A stretch of DNA of 32,000 nucleotides, taken from assembly GCA_043797445.1 (NCBI GenBank), contig JAZDPP010000092.1, positions 1 to 32,000 on the forward strand. Direction: 5' to 3'. The notes beneath the pieces were generated by a model. The model was not told where the DNA came from and did not search any database. It saw only the letters and a program-made list of their open reading frames with translations. Both the position numbers and the translations under genes were made by a program. Of this stretch, positions 1 to 8,470 are shown one piece after another. Every line of letters begins with the position of its first letter. Position 1 is the first letter of the stretch. The stretch is from Pseudomonadota bacterium (GTDB lineage: Bacteria; Desulfobacterota; Desulfobacteria; Desulfobacterales; JAFDDL01).

Positions 1-1
1 T

Positions 2-376
2 TTGTGCGATGGGGGTGGCAGCAATGGGTGCCGAGCAAGATTTTGGAAATACAATCTTTATCAGGAGATTTGTAAAAAGTACGGAATCTCGGTCCGGGTT
101 TGCCATTATCCAACAGGAGCTTCAAAATGGAATCCAGTGGAACATCGTCTCTTCGGTCCGATCACAAACAACTGGCAGGAGCGCCCTCTTAGGTCTTTTG
201 AAATTATCTTAGACTGCATCCGGTCCACGGCTACCAATAAAGGCTTGAGGGTGGAGGCTGTTCTTAATAACAAAGAATATCAGAAAGGTATCAAGGTATC
301 TGACAATCAAATGAAAATGATAAATCTCATACGGCATGATGAATTGCCACTATGGAACTATTCGTTAATGCACTGA
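2..376 (+). CDS. ISAzo13-family DDE transposase, C-terminal fragment (5' end lies outside the window)
   Basis: The ORF is open to the window edge. The translation DGGGSNGCRARFWK...VCHYPTGASKWNPVEHRLFGPITNNWQERPL...IKVSDNQM..INL..H....WNYSL follows the conserved C-terminal pattern of ISAzo13/Rhodopirellula-type DDE transposases (DGGGSNG..R.W...L......G..I.VCH.PPGTSKWNKIEHRLF), recalled from memory. Confidence 0.8.
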   Translation: MCDGGGSNGCRARFWKYNLYQEICKKYGISVRVCHYPTGASKWNPVEHRLFGPITNNWQERPLRSFEIILDCIRSTATNKGLRVEAVLNNKEYQKGIKVSDNQMKMINLIRHDELPLWNYSLMH

Positions 377-466
377 GCACTGGAACAAAAATGCCAATTA
401 ATTTTTACGCACGTGCTTAGGGCAATGGTTGGTTACTCTGGCGCCCCAGCTTAAGCGCGGTTCGCC

Positions 467-1435
467 TCACTTTTGTCTTTCGAAATAGGCATACAAGTTT
501 TCAAACAGCCGGAATCCCTCCTGCATGCGTTGGAAGTCATCCGGGTGAGAGACAACCATGCCGGTCAAAAGGGCGTTAAAACCGTCCGTCTCGCTGCGGC
601 CGTATTTGGCGTCTTTGAGATCGATATCGTGAACCACTTCGGCTACGGCGAAAAGCGCCCGGTCCTGGGGATGCAGCCGTTGGATCATCACTTCGAAGCT
701 GCACAGGTTTCCCTCGTGGGTAAATTCTCCGTCAAACATGTCGAATCGAAGTTCTCCCTCCTTCGGCACGTATTGAGGGCCTTGGACGAACTTGAAAACC
801 GCCTCCGCGTCCAAAAATCGGCGGATCAGCCACCCGCACGCAATACGGTCAACAAAGAGGTTTCTCCTTGTTACCCAGATTTTTCCTTCAAGGGCACCCA
901 ATCCCTCTTTGGGAGCGAATGTCACAGATGCTTCACCAGCAACTTTTGCCGCAAGATCATTCAGGAGGATTTCCGCAGTTCCCCGCTCAGGCGCTTGATA
1001 AAAATCGATACTCCTAACCTCGTCCAATCGGCGCCGCAACTTTGTCAGGTGGGCCGGACTTCTTGCACCAGGGTCTTGTGAGTCCGTTTGCCCCGAAGAC
1101 CATTCAGTCAGTAGCTGGCGGGCCTCCTGGATGATTTTTTCGTAATCTGAGTTACGGGCGCCTTGAAACAACGCAATGACTTTTTCGTCAGACAGACCTT
1201 CCAAAAACCGTGCCTCCGAAATTGAACCATCCCCGCCGCCTTCGATGATCTCTTTTAATATCCAGCTCAAATCTTCCCGGGACTGATCGGAAATGGGCAT
1301 GGCGTAAACCGACTGCTTGATGGCCACAGCGCCCACCTGCTGCAAGCGCCGCCAGATTTTCACTCTAAGCGCATTCGGGGTGGGCGGGATCTGGTGGATT
1401 AAAAGCAACCATTTCAGTGGATCACTGGGGGTCAT
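467..1435 (-). CDS. chrB: ChrB-family chromate resistance/regulatory protein
   Basis: The N-terminus LKWLLLIHQIPPTPNALRVKIWRRLQQVGAVAIKQSVYAMP is ChrB-N-like. The C-terminus IWVTRRNLFVDRIACGWLIRRFLD...FDMFDGEFTHEGNLCSFEV...VHDIDLKD matches the chromate-resistance domain. The start was chosen at the second ATG (1435) because GGAGG lies 5 nt upstream; the ORF could extend to 1447. Confidence 0.75.
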   Translation of the reverse strand: MTPSDPLKWLLLIHQIPPTPNALRVKIWRRLQQVGAVAIKQSVYAMPISDQSREDLSWILKEIIEGGGDGSISEARFLEGLSDEKVIALFQGARNSDYEKIIQEARQLLTEWSSGQTDSQDPGARSPAHLTKLRRRLDEVRSIDFYQAPERGTAEILLNDLAAKVAGEASVTFAPKEGLGALEGKIWVTRRNLFVDRIACGWLIRRFLDAEAVFKFVQGPQYVPKEGELRFDMFDGEFTHEGNLCSFEVMIQRLHPQDRALFAVAEVVHDIDLKDAKYGRSETDGFNALLTGMVVSHPDDFQRMQEGFRLFENLYAYFERQK

Positions 1436-1456
1436 TGTTTCCTCCATAAGATGTGT

Positions 1457-1471
1457 TGCATTTAAAATGCA
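1457..1471. promoter_or_regulatory. Perfect 7-1-7 palindrome TGCATTT-A-AAATGCA immediately upstream of the chrB-like start (candidate operator)
   Basis: Read directly from the sequence. It lies 10-22 nt upstream of the possible chrB starts, in an AT-rich intergenic region. Confidence 0.3.
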
Positions 1472-1846
1472 TCAATTGTAACATTTTGTCAAGAACCATT
1501 TCGATGATAATGTCTATTGTCACCTCGATTTATACTGATGCCACTGAAGTTATTGGCCTATTAATTATTGAAACATTTGTTACATTATAAAAGAACAGAT
1601 CAAGGAGCGGACGATGATTGCGCTTAGCGACTTGGAAGATTCTAATATACCGCTAACAAAAGGTATCTCGATGCGGTATCCAAAACCACGCCGGTCTTTC
1701 GATATGAGCGACCGGCAATTTTTGAATAGATAAAGACGAACTTAGCGCACATAACATCTTGCGGCGCACTTTAAAGCAAGCTGGGGGTAGACTGTGGAAT
1801 CAAGAGGTCGCTCGATTCGATAGACGATCAGCATTATTCAATTGCC

Positions 1847-2160
1847 TTGATTTCCCTCGCTGTTTTTTTAAACCCGGAAAACACCCGAACGCCTGCCCGA
1901 AACCTTACCAGTTTCGATGTTCATTTGGCGGAAGACGCTTTGGGCATGGCATCCAGAGCGATCGTGATGCGGTTACGGAAATATGGGGTAAAGGGGGTCT
2001 ACCTCCCGCCGGTGTTTCCGCAGGACACATCCCGCCCAAGGCCCAAGGCCCAAAGCATTAGACATAAGTCATAAAACGGTGGCAGAAGAAGCTGGACTTG
2101 GCCTCATGGGACTTAACCGACTCGTGTTGCACCCCGAAGTCGGAAGCGTAGAGCTGATCG
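1847..2160 (+). pseudogene. Frameshifted, truncated remnant of an Fe-S (epoxyqueuosine-reductase/reductive-dehalogenase-like) gene
   Basis: Two frames together read ...ALGMASRAIVMRLRKYGVKGVYLPPVFPQD / ISHKTVAEEAGLGLMGLNRLVLHPEVGS. This resembles the conserved ..G..A...P...../ISHK.AA..AGLG..G.n.LlitPE.G segment of that family. No Cys-cluster motifs follow, and the frames are broken by a stop at about 2072. Confidence 0.3.
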
Positions 2161-2795
2161 AAAACAGTGGATTCCGGGTTGATTATGAGAGCGTGGCAGC
2201 GATACAGGATGTTCGAATGGGTTCGTATGTATCCGCATCTTCTTTTTCCTCCTTGAGTTTCGGGAATCTTGCCGTTCAGCGCTTGACATATTTAATCTAA
2301 CCGTATATTTTTAAAGCCAATCCTGTTAAAGCGCCCGTATTATGACAGACAGGTATGACTTTTTTCAGGCTTGGGAACCCTTTTTTCCCCGCTTCGGCAT
2401 CGGATTTAACGGCTTGCGACCGTTGTGGAAATAGGCGGTTTGGCGAGGAGGAGACGGCGACGATACATCCATTTGAATTTTTCAATTTCTGATGATTCGA
2501 TGTAATAGGAATAAGTGAAAATGGAGTTGGATGATACACTGGTGAAGGCCGAACTCGATGATATTATGGCGCGAATTGATGGTATCATGAAAAAGGTGGA
2601 AAAATACGAGGGCAATTCAAAAGAAAAACCAGTAGAACCCAATGAGGAATCTGCTTCTCCTTTCAGGGAGGCCCATTTCGGCTGAAAATGATCCCGGTGT
2701 TAGGGTAACCCCCTTATCACTGGACGATTTCGATGATATTACGTTGAATTTCAATAGAATAGGGTGAGGATACAACACGGCTAAGAGGAGGCGCT

Positions 2796-3080
2796 ATGGC
2801 ACTGACCAAAAATGATCTTGTGGCATCCGTAAATGATTTGGGGTTTACGAAAAAAAAGTCAGTCGAAATTATCGAGGGGCTGATTGAAATCATTAAATCC
2901 ACTCTGGATAAGGGGGAGGATGTATTGGTTTCAGGTTTCGGCAAATTTTCCGTTAAACAAAAGCGGGCTCGAAGAGGCCGAAATCCGGCTACCGGCAGCG
3001 ATCTGACATTACGGGAGAGAAAGGTGATCACCTTTAAATGTTCCGGTAAACTTCGGGAAAAAATTAACGGCCCCGATTAA
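2796..3080 (+). CDS. ihfA: Integration host factor / HU-family DNA-binding protein (IHF alpha-like)
   Basis: 94 aa. MALTKNDL...SGFGKFSVKQKRARRGRNPATGSDLTLRERKVITFKCSGKLREKI is the classic IHF/HU arm motif (GFG.F....R..R.GRNP.TG). An RBS GAGGAGG lies upstream. Confidence 0.9.
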   Translation: MALTKNDLVASVNDLGFTKKKSVEIIEGLIEIIKSTLDKGEDVLVSGFGKFSVKQKRARRGRNPATGSDLTLRERKVITFKCSGKLREKINGPD

Positions 3081-3196
3081 CCTCTGCCCTCGGTGTTACA
3101 CATCATCCTCTTTTTGTGTAACAGCTCGATATATTGTCGAAGTGGAAGCAGCGTGCGCTTAAATAAAGAAAATAATTTGTTCTGCAATGCCGGTAT

Positions 3197-3712
3197 ATGA
3201 ACGATGACAACCGCGGCGTCACAGCGGGTAATTACCTCTTGAAGCCCGGATATATTTATATTGCGGACCCTCGGACGGTTTTGTCCACTGTGTTGGGCTC
3301 TTCCGTGTCGGTTTGCCTTTTTGACCGAAAGAGGAAAGTCGCCGGCATGAACCACTTCCGGCTTCCTTTCACCAAAGACCCGAAAAAGGCAACCGCCGAT
3401 TACGGTAATGTCGCGACGCTTACCCTCATACGAATGATGGTAATTGACGGATCTGACACAAAGCACCTTGAGGCGCAGGTGTTCGGCGGAGCCTATAATT
3501 CGGAGATTTCTTCAAAGGATATCGGCGGGGAGAATGCCGCGGCTGCAAAAAAAATGTTGCTGCGGGAGAAAATACGGATTGTCTCCGAAGATATCGGCGG
3601 GGAAAAGGGACGCAAAATTGTTTTTGACCCGGCAAAAAATGAGACAGCGGTCATTAAGGTGGATAAACTGCGCAAAGGCGATTGGTTTCCCTACGAGGAT
3701 GATCGGGTGTAA
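3197..3712 (+). CDS. cheD: Chemoreceptor glutamine deamidase CheD
   Basis: 171 aa. ...VLSTVLGSSVSVCLFDRKRKVAGMNHFRLP...LEAQVFGGA... follows the CheD signature (LGSC.av.l.D......GmnH..LP ... K.FGGA). The catalytic Cys position is present (SVC). Confidence 0.85.
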   Translation: MNDDNRGVTAGNYLLKPGYIYIADPRTVLSTVLGSSVSVCLFDRKRKVAGMNHFRLPFTKDPKKATADYGNVATLTLIRMMVIDGSDTKHLEAQVFGGAYNSEISSKDIGGENAAAAKKMLLREKIRIVSEDIGGEKGRKIVFDPAKNETAVIKVDKLRKGDWFPYEDDRV

Positions 3713-3874
3713 GAGAAGAGACCCGGCGATTATCCATCAGCGGATACCTATAGATCAGCTCCATGCGAATCATTTCGTCATCTTTTTTCCGCAGCCATTC
3801 CGATAGCCGACCGAAACGGATTGCGAGGATAAGCGCCAGAAAAGTGCTTCCTGCTGCCGGCACTCATGGGTGCT

Positions 3875-5371
3875 TCATGGATCCAGATCCGGAAGCATTG
3901 CCCCGTGGGCCAGAAGGTTGCGGTGCAGCTCAAAGCAACGCGTGAGATCATGCGCGATATGGCCGACGCGGGATTCACTCACGTACCGGTGCAGGTAATC
4001 CCGATAGGCCGGATGGGCGCAGTGGTCAATGATTCTTCGCGCGCGTTGCACGGGACCGAGACCTCGCAAGTCGGAAAGCCCCTGTTCCGTCACCACCACC
4101 TGAACGGAATGCTCGTTGTTGTCGATATGCGGGCACATGGGGACGATGGAACTGATTCTCCCGCCTTTGGCAATGGAGGGGGTGATAAAAATGGATAAAT
4201 AGCTGTTTCGGGTGAATTCACCGCTGCCGCCAACTCCGTTCATGACATCCATGCCGTAAAGGTGTGAAGAATTGACGTTGCCGTAGATATCGATTTCCAG
4301 GGCCGTATTGATGGCAATGACGCCCAACCGGCGAATCACGCCGGGATGGTTTGAAATCTCCTGGGGTCTCAAAACGATCCGGGGTGCAAAAAAATCGATA
4401 TTATCGACGATTCGAGCGAGTTTGTCCGTGGTGACAGTGAGGCTCGTGGCACTGGCGCCCAGCAGACGTCCCCTGGCCATCAGATCCACCTGCGAATCCT
4501 GAAAGACTTCCGAATACATCATGAAGGGAGGAAGTTCAGCGGTGTTGCCGAGTGCCTCCATGACGCCGTTGGCCATATTGCCGACTCCCGCCTGCAATGG
4601 CAGAAAGGTTTTGGGAATGCGCCCGCAAGCCATCTCTTTCAGTAAAAAATCCGCCACATGATGACCGATCGCCTGACTGACGGCATCCGGTGTTGCAAAG
4701 GCGTCGACCTTATCCGATGCGTCATTTTCGACCACTCCGATGACTTTTTTCGGATCCACCACTGCATAGGGGAGCCCGATGCGCGTCAACGGGTCATAAA
4801 TGGGAATCGGATTGCGATGCGGCGGGGGCGGCATCACCCAGATATCCGCCATCTCGCGCAAGCGCGGGGCCTGGCGCCGATTCAATTCGATAACCACCTT
4901 TTTCGCGTACTTCAAGTAGGTCGGGGAGGCGCCGATGGAGGTGCTCAGGTAAACCCGCCCGTCCGGCGTGATCTCCGTGGCTTCTATTGCCGCCAGATCG
5001 ATTTCTCCCAGAAACCCCCAGGAAACCATCTGGGGAAGGTGCGAAAGATGCATATCCACATATTCCACCTTCTGCTGGTTGATTTGTTCCCGCAGCACCT
5101 TTCCGCCCTGGTAAGGGGCTCGCCAGGAGATGGCCTCTGCCGCCGCGAGATCTTCATCCACGCTTTGTCCGCTGGAGGCGCCGGTGAGGACCCTGATTTG
5201 GAAAGGCCTTCCGAGTGCATGCTGTTCCCGGGCATAAGCCGCCAGCGCTTCCGGAACCGCTTTTGCGGCCCCTGCGGGAGAAAACCCCGAAAAAGAAACC
5301 GTTTGCCCGTGCTGAATGCCCGCTGCAACTTCCTGTGCGCTCAATACCGGAAAGGGACCGTATCCTGCCAT
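3875..5371 (-). CDS. Acetyl-CoA hydrolase/transferase family CoA-transferase (succinyl-CoA:acetate CoA-transferase-like)
   Basis: The N-terminus ..VLSAQEVAAGIQHGQTVSFSGFSPAGAAKAVPEALA and the conserved MNGVGGSGEFTRNSY motif are typical of the family. The start was chosen at 5371 (MAGYG..) because GGGGGAG lies 8 nt upstream. The ORF is open to 5419. Confidence 0.85.
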   Translation of the reverse strand: MAGYGPFPVLSAQEVAAGIQHGQTVSFSGFSPAGAAKAVPEALAAYAREQHALGRPFQIRVLTGASSGQSVDEDLAAAEAISWRAPYQGGKVLREQINQQKVEYVDMHLSHLPQMVSWGFLGEIDLAAIEATEITPDGRVYLSTSIGASPTYLKYAKKVVIELNRRQAPRLREMADIWVMPPPPHRNPIPIYDPLTRIGLPYAVVDPKKVIGVVENDASDKVDAFATPDAVSQAIGHHVADFLLKEMACGRIPKTFLPLQAGVGNMANGVMEALGNTAELPPFMMYSEVFQDSQVDLMARGRLLGASATSLTVTTDKLARIVDNIDFFAPRIVLRPQEISNHPGVIRRLGVIAINTALEIDIYGNVNSSHLYGMDVMNGVGGSGEFTRNSYLSIFITPSIAKGGRISSIVPMCPHIDNNEHSVQVVVTEQGLSDLRGLGPVQRARRIIDHCAHPAYRDYLHRYVSESRVGHIAHDLTRCFELHRNLLAHGAMLPDLDP

Positions 5372-5436
5372 GCTCGAAGCTCCCCCAAGTGAGTGGTTCA
5401 TAGTTGTTAAAAATAGCATTATTCTGAAATTTGTCC

Positions 5437-5465
5437 ATTATACACGGTGGCATCTTGTCTCACAA
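5437..5465 (-). promoter_or_regulatory. Sigma70-type promoter candidate for the CoA-transferase gene
   Basis: The minus strand reads TTGTGA-17 nt-(TG)TATAAT, with the -35 at 5460-5465 and an extended -10 at 5437-5444. It sits about 65 nt upstream of the favoured start. Confidence 0.4.
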
Positions 5466-5735
5466 CAGTATCCTATCGGTTTAAGCCACAATTATTCTTG
5501 GCATTTTCCAAGAGAAAGCTTAACCTGGGAAAAAGATTATGCGGCCTTGATCATCGTCCCGGCCACGCCAGGATATTTTTTCCAGACCGGCAGGAACTCG
5601 CTATCGCTCAAACAACCTGCCGCTCTTCCAAAAACACCCTGGCGTGGCCTCCCTGCCGTGGGAAATTGGCCGAAAAGATGATCAAGGCCGATTATGCAAA
5701 TGGGGAAGGCTATTTTCAGGGAGGAATTCGAATAA

Positions 5736-6230
5736 ATGAATACCCTGTGCATCAATGAAAAATTGCTCGAAGTGCGGGATCATGACAAGGAGGGCTACCG
5801 CCCGGTAATTGACTATGGGGCATGGCGGGTCGCGATTCTGAACTTCAGTGACGAGCTTCGAGTTGAAAACCTCACCGCGATGCAGCGCCACAATGAAACC
5901 GATGAGGTGTTTGTATTGCTCAAGGGACGTTGCATCCTCTTTCTAGGCGAGGGGAGTGAGGCGGTGACGGCGGTTTATGCGGCGGATATGCAGCCGTTTA
6001 AAATATACAATGTTAAAAAGGCGGTCTGGCACACGCACACGCTCAGCCGCGATGCGATGGTGCTGATCGTCGAGAATCGGGATACAACGGCTGACAACTC
6101 GCCGTTTTGTTCCCTGACCGCCGCTCAGCAACAGACGATTGGCGCGTTGGCTGAACGGCTATGGACCGATGGCGCTTCAAAAGAAAGAGGGCATTTCCCT
6201 TGGGAATTCCGGGGAAAGCCCTCTTCATGA
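5736..6230 (+). CDS. Cupin-like hypothetical protein
   Basis: 164 aa, with GGGAGGA upstream. The segment RHNETDEVFVLLKGRCILFLG ... VWHTHTL resembles degenerate cupin motifs 1 and 2. No closer assignment is possible. Confidence 0.5.
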   Translation: MNTLCINEKLLEVRDHDKEGYRPVIDYGAWRVAILNFSDELRVENLTAMQRHNETDEVFVLLKGRCILFLGEGSEAVTAVYAADMQPFKIYNVKKAVWHTHTLSRDAMVLIVENRDTTADNSPFCSLTAAQQQTIGALAERLWTDGASKERGHFPWEFRGKPSS

Positions 6231-6240
6231 GTTGTCGTCG

Positions 6241-6441
6241 CTATTCTTCCGTTACATTGACCGCGGCGGGCCCCTTTTTGCCCTGCTCGATGTCGAATGT
6301 CACTCGGGCGCCTTCTTTGAGGGTTTTAAACCCGCTGGAATTAATCCCTGAATGATGAACAAACACATCGGGTCCATTTTCTTGCTCAATGAAACCAAAC
6401 CCCTTTTTGTCGCTAAACCATTTTACCGTTCCTTTTGCCAT
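6241..6441 (-). CDS. cspA: Cold-shock protein, CspA family
   Basis: [33 protein letters not shown] carries the RNP1/RNP2 motifs KGFGFI and VFVHH. The start at 6441 has GAGGAG upstream. The longer track ORF (to 6474) is an N-terminal over-extension. Confidence 0.95.
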   Translation of the reverse strand: MAKGTVKWFSDKKGFGFIEQENGPDVFVHHSGINSSGFKTLKEGARVTFDIEQGKKGPAAVNVTEE

Positions 6442-6495
6442 CGTGCTCTCCTCATTTTTTAAAAAAACGCCCAATTGCCATTCATAAAAAATAAC

Positions 6496-6523
6496 CTAAT
6501 ATGAAATTAATAATATTTGTCAA
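6496..6523 (-). promoter_or_regulatory. Sigma70-type promoter candidate for cspA
   Basis: The minus strand reads TTGACA (6518-6523), a 16-nt spacer, then TATTAG (6496-6501). This leaves a leader of about 50 nt before the cspA ATG. Confidence 0.35.
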
Positions 6524-6789
6524 TACAATAAACACGTTCGAGGAATAAAGAGGATGAAATGATTAAAAACCGGAAGGGATCACCGTAAATCGCGGCAGGG
6601 GGATGGTAATTAAAAACTGAACAATATAAAAAAGTTGTAAAAAGTTACGATCCATCGAAGGCCTCACCACGAACGGGCAATAGGCACTTATACCTATTTT
6701 TTCTCGGAATCGCTTCATATCTCCCAGGCGGGCATTTTTGTGCGCTGTCGTTGTTCACAATCCACCCTCGTCCCTTTTCAGGTGGACCT

Positions 6790-7431
6790 TTACTCAAACT
6801 GCTTTTTAAAGACGGCAAATGCTTCTTTCAATGCGTCGATATCCTGTCGAAGGTCCTCGATATCCCGCGCCATCCGGTCCATGCGCATCTCCGCTTCGCT
6901 GTTGTCAACCGCTTCACCGGGGGCGGTATCGGCATGAACGACTTCCGGCTCTCCCGAAAGCAGGTGCCCGTAACGGGATTCCTTATGGCCGGGTAATCGG
7001 GCCATTCGCTTGATATAACCCCATTCCTGAAGATTGTTCAGGGTTTCGAGCAAGGCCTCGAGGCTTTCAAAGGCGTGCATTCGTCCCGTTCGTCCCCGGA
7101 TTTCTCCGGCGGTTTGGGGACCTCGAAGAAAAAGGACGCAGAGAACCGAGGACTCCCCGGCAACCAGATCACGCTCCCGGGTAAAGCGCTCCTCATATTT
7201 TATGACGCGCCCGACGCCGCTCTTCCGGACGAGCCCTTTTTTTTCCAGATCCTCGCAGGCACGGACCACGGTATTCTCGTCATGGGAGACCACCGGGTCC
7301 CGGTTCGATTTCTGGTTGCAGGCATTGGTCAGCGCATTTAAAGAGAGGGGATAATATTCGGGGGTCGAAAGCGCCTTTTCAATAAGGCTTCCCAGGACCC
7401 GGATTTCTGTTTCATTCAGCATCATTTCCAT
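6790..7431 (-). CDS. yceH: YceH/DUF480 (UPF0502) family protein
   Basis: LNETEIRVLGSLIEKALSTPEYYPLSLNALTNACNQKSNRDPVV...LRGPQTAGEIRGRTGRMH...PGHKESRYGHLLSGEP aligns along its full length with E. coli YceH, as recalled from memory. Confidence 0.85.
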   Translation of the reverse strand: MEMMLNETEIRVLGSLIEKALSTPEYYPLSLNALTNACNQKSNRDPVVSHDENTVVRACEDLEKKGLVRKSGVGRVIKYEERFTRERDLVAGESSVLCVLFLRGPQTAGEIRGRTGRMHAFESLEALLETLNNLQEWGYIKRMARLPGHKESRYGHLLSGEPEVVHADTAPGEAVDNSEAEMRMDRMARDIEDLRQDIDALKEAFAVFKKQFE

Positions 7432-7765
7432 TTTTGATCGACCGTTTTTTATAAGGGGAGGTTATACCTTCCATACGATTAAATGAATTGACTCTTATGC
7501 GATTATTTTCTAATTAACAAGCCGAAACATTTCATAAACCATCCTGTATATCGATGGTGCCGGCAGAGGCGGTTTTTGGGCGGGCATCATGAAACATGTT
7601 GCAGTTTCTCCTTTGTGCTTTAAAAGTGACCGACTGAAAGAAACTTTCACGTCAATTTCCGGCATGAGGCCTGCTTCTTAGGGCCATGTCGCCGGAATGG
7701 GGGGCATGGCTTCAGAGAGAGACACGAGTTAGCGATTAGCTTTTATAAAAAAGGAGGGTTGGACG

Positions 7766-8407
7766 ATGGCGATTCTTTATACCCAGGCATTTGATATCAT
7801 TTCCGGGCAGGAGGCCGCGTACGAAAATTTTATCGCTGATTACATTCCCCGTTCGAACAAGCTGGGGCTTCAATCCGTTGGTGGATTCTACGTGGTTTGC
7901 GGTTTTGGGCCCCGGATTATCCATATATGCCGCGCCGAATCGATTGATGATTTATGCCGGATTTTGTCGACTAAGGAATTCAGGGACCTGCTTCTTGATA
8001 TCAAACGGTACGTCGTTAACTTCCGGAGCAAAATTCTTGAGCCGACCGGGCGGGTCAAACACCAGGAATACGAACTGAGAAAGGGGATCTGGAAGTTCAA
8101 CCAGTACTACGATCTGATCCCGGGCAAGAAAAAGGATTATGCCGATTTTATCATCAACGAGTACCTTCCGGTGATCGAGAAAATTGATTACGTGGAGGTG
8201 ACGGGCGGCTGGAACGTCCTTATCGGCGGTGTCAGCGAGATCATTGGGGAGTTTACTTTCAAATCGCCCGTGGATATCGCACGCATCCTTGAAAATCCGG
8301 ATTTCCAGCGCATTACCGACGTGCTTCGCACGTATGTGGTCAACTATGTGAGCCGCATTATGAGGGTCACCGAACGGTTCGAGGAATCCAGGTGGTACAG
8401 GCTTTGA
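7766..8407 (+). CDS. Hypothetical protein made of two tandem ~100-aa homologous modules
   Basis: A strong RBS AAGGAGGG lies upstream. There is a clear internal repeat: aa 2-96 against aa 108-204, for example RILSTKEFRDLLLDIKRYVVNFRSKIL against RILENPDFQRITDVLRTYVVNYVSRIM. No family was recognised. Confidence 0.7.
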   Translation: MAILYTQAFDIISGQEAAYENFIADYIPRSNKLGLQSVGGFYVVCGFGPRIIHICRAESIDDLCRILSTKEFRDLLLDIKRYVVNFRSKILEPTGRVKHQEYELRKGIWKFNQYYDLIPGKKKDYADFIINEYLPVIEKIDYVEVTGGWNVLIGGVSEIIGEFTFKSPVDIARILENPDFQRITDVLRTYVVNYVSRIMRVTERFEESRWYRL

Positions 8408-8470
8408 ATTCCGGTCCTCGCCGTATCACGGCCATTCACACCCCAACCCCTTAGACAAGGAGGAAAAGAC

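Noticed and set aside
2521-2685. 54-aa ORF upstream of ihfA (MELDDTLVKAELDDIMARIDGIMKKVEKYEGNS...), possibly a small coiled-coil protein.
   Set aside because: The RBS is weak, it is below the track threshold and no family is recognisable. The evidence is insufficient to call it a gene.
3654-3863. 69-aa minus-strand ORF overlapping the 3' end of cheD.
   Set aside because: It overlaps a confident gene by about 60 nt, has no RBS and shows no recognisable similarity. It is likely spurious.
7432-7765. A sigma54 (-24/-12) promoter or riboswitch in the 334-bp leader of the aromatic cluster, and likewise in 11334-11664.
   Set aside because: Reading both regions by eye, I found no TGGCAC-N5-TTGC-like element and no recognisable riboswitch core. 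A proper motif scan would be needed.
7766-8407. Equating the 213-aa protein with PpsC, the 24-kDa stimulatory subunit of phenylphosphate synthase.
   Set aside because: Only the size and position match. As I recall, PpsC is a tandem CBS-domain protein, and no CBS-like pattern is visible here. It is kept only as a functional-analogy hypothesis.
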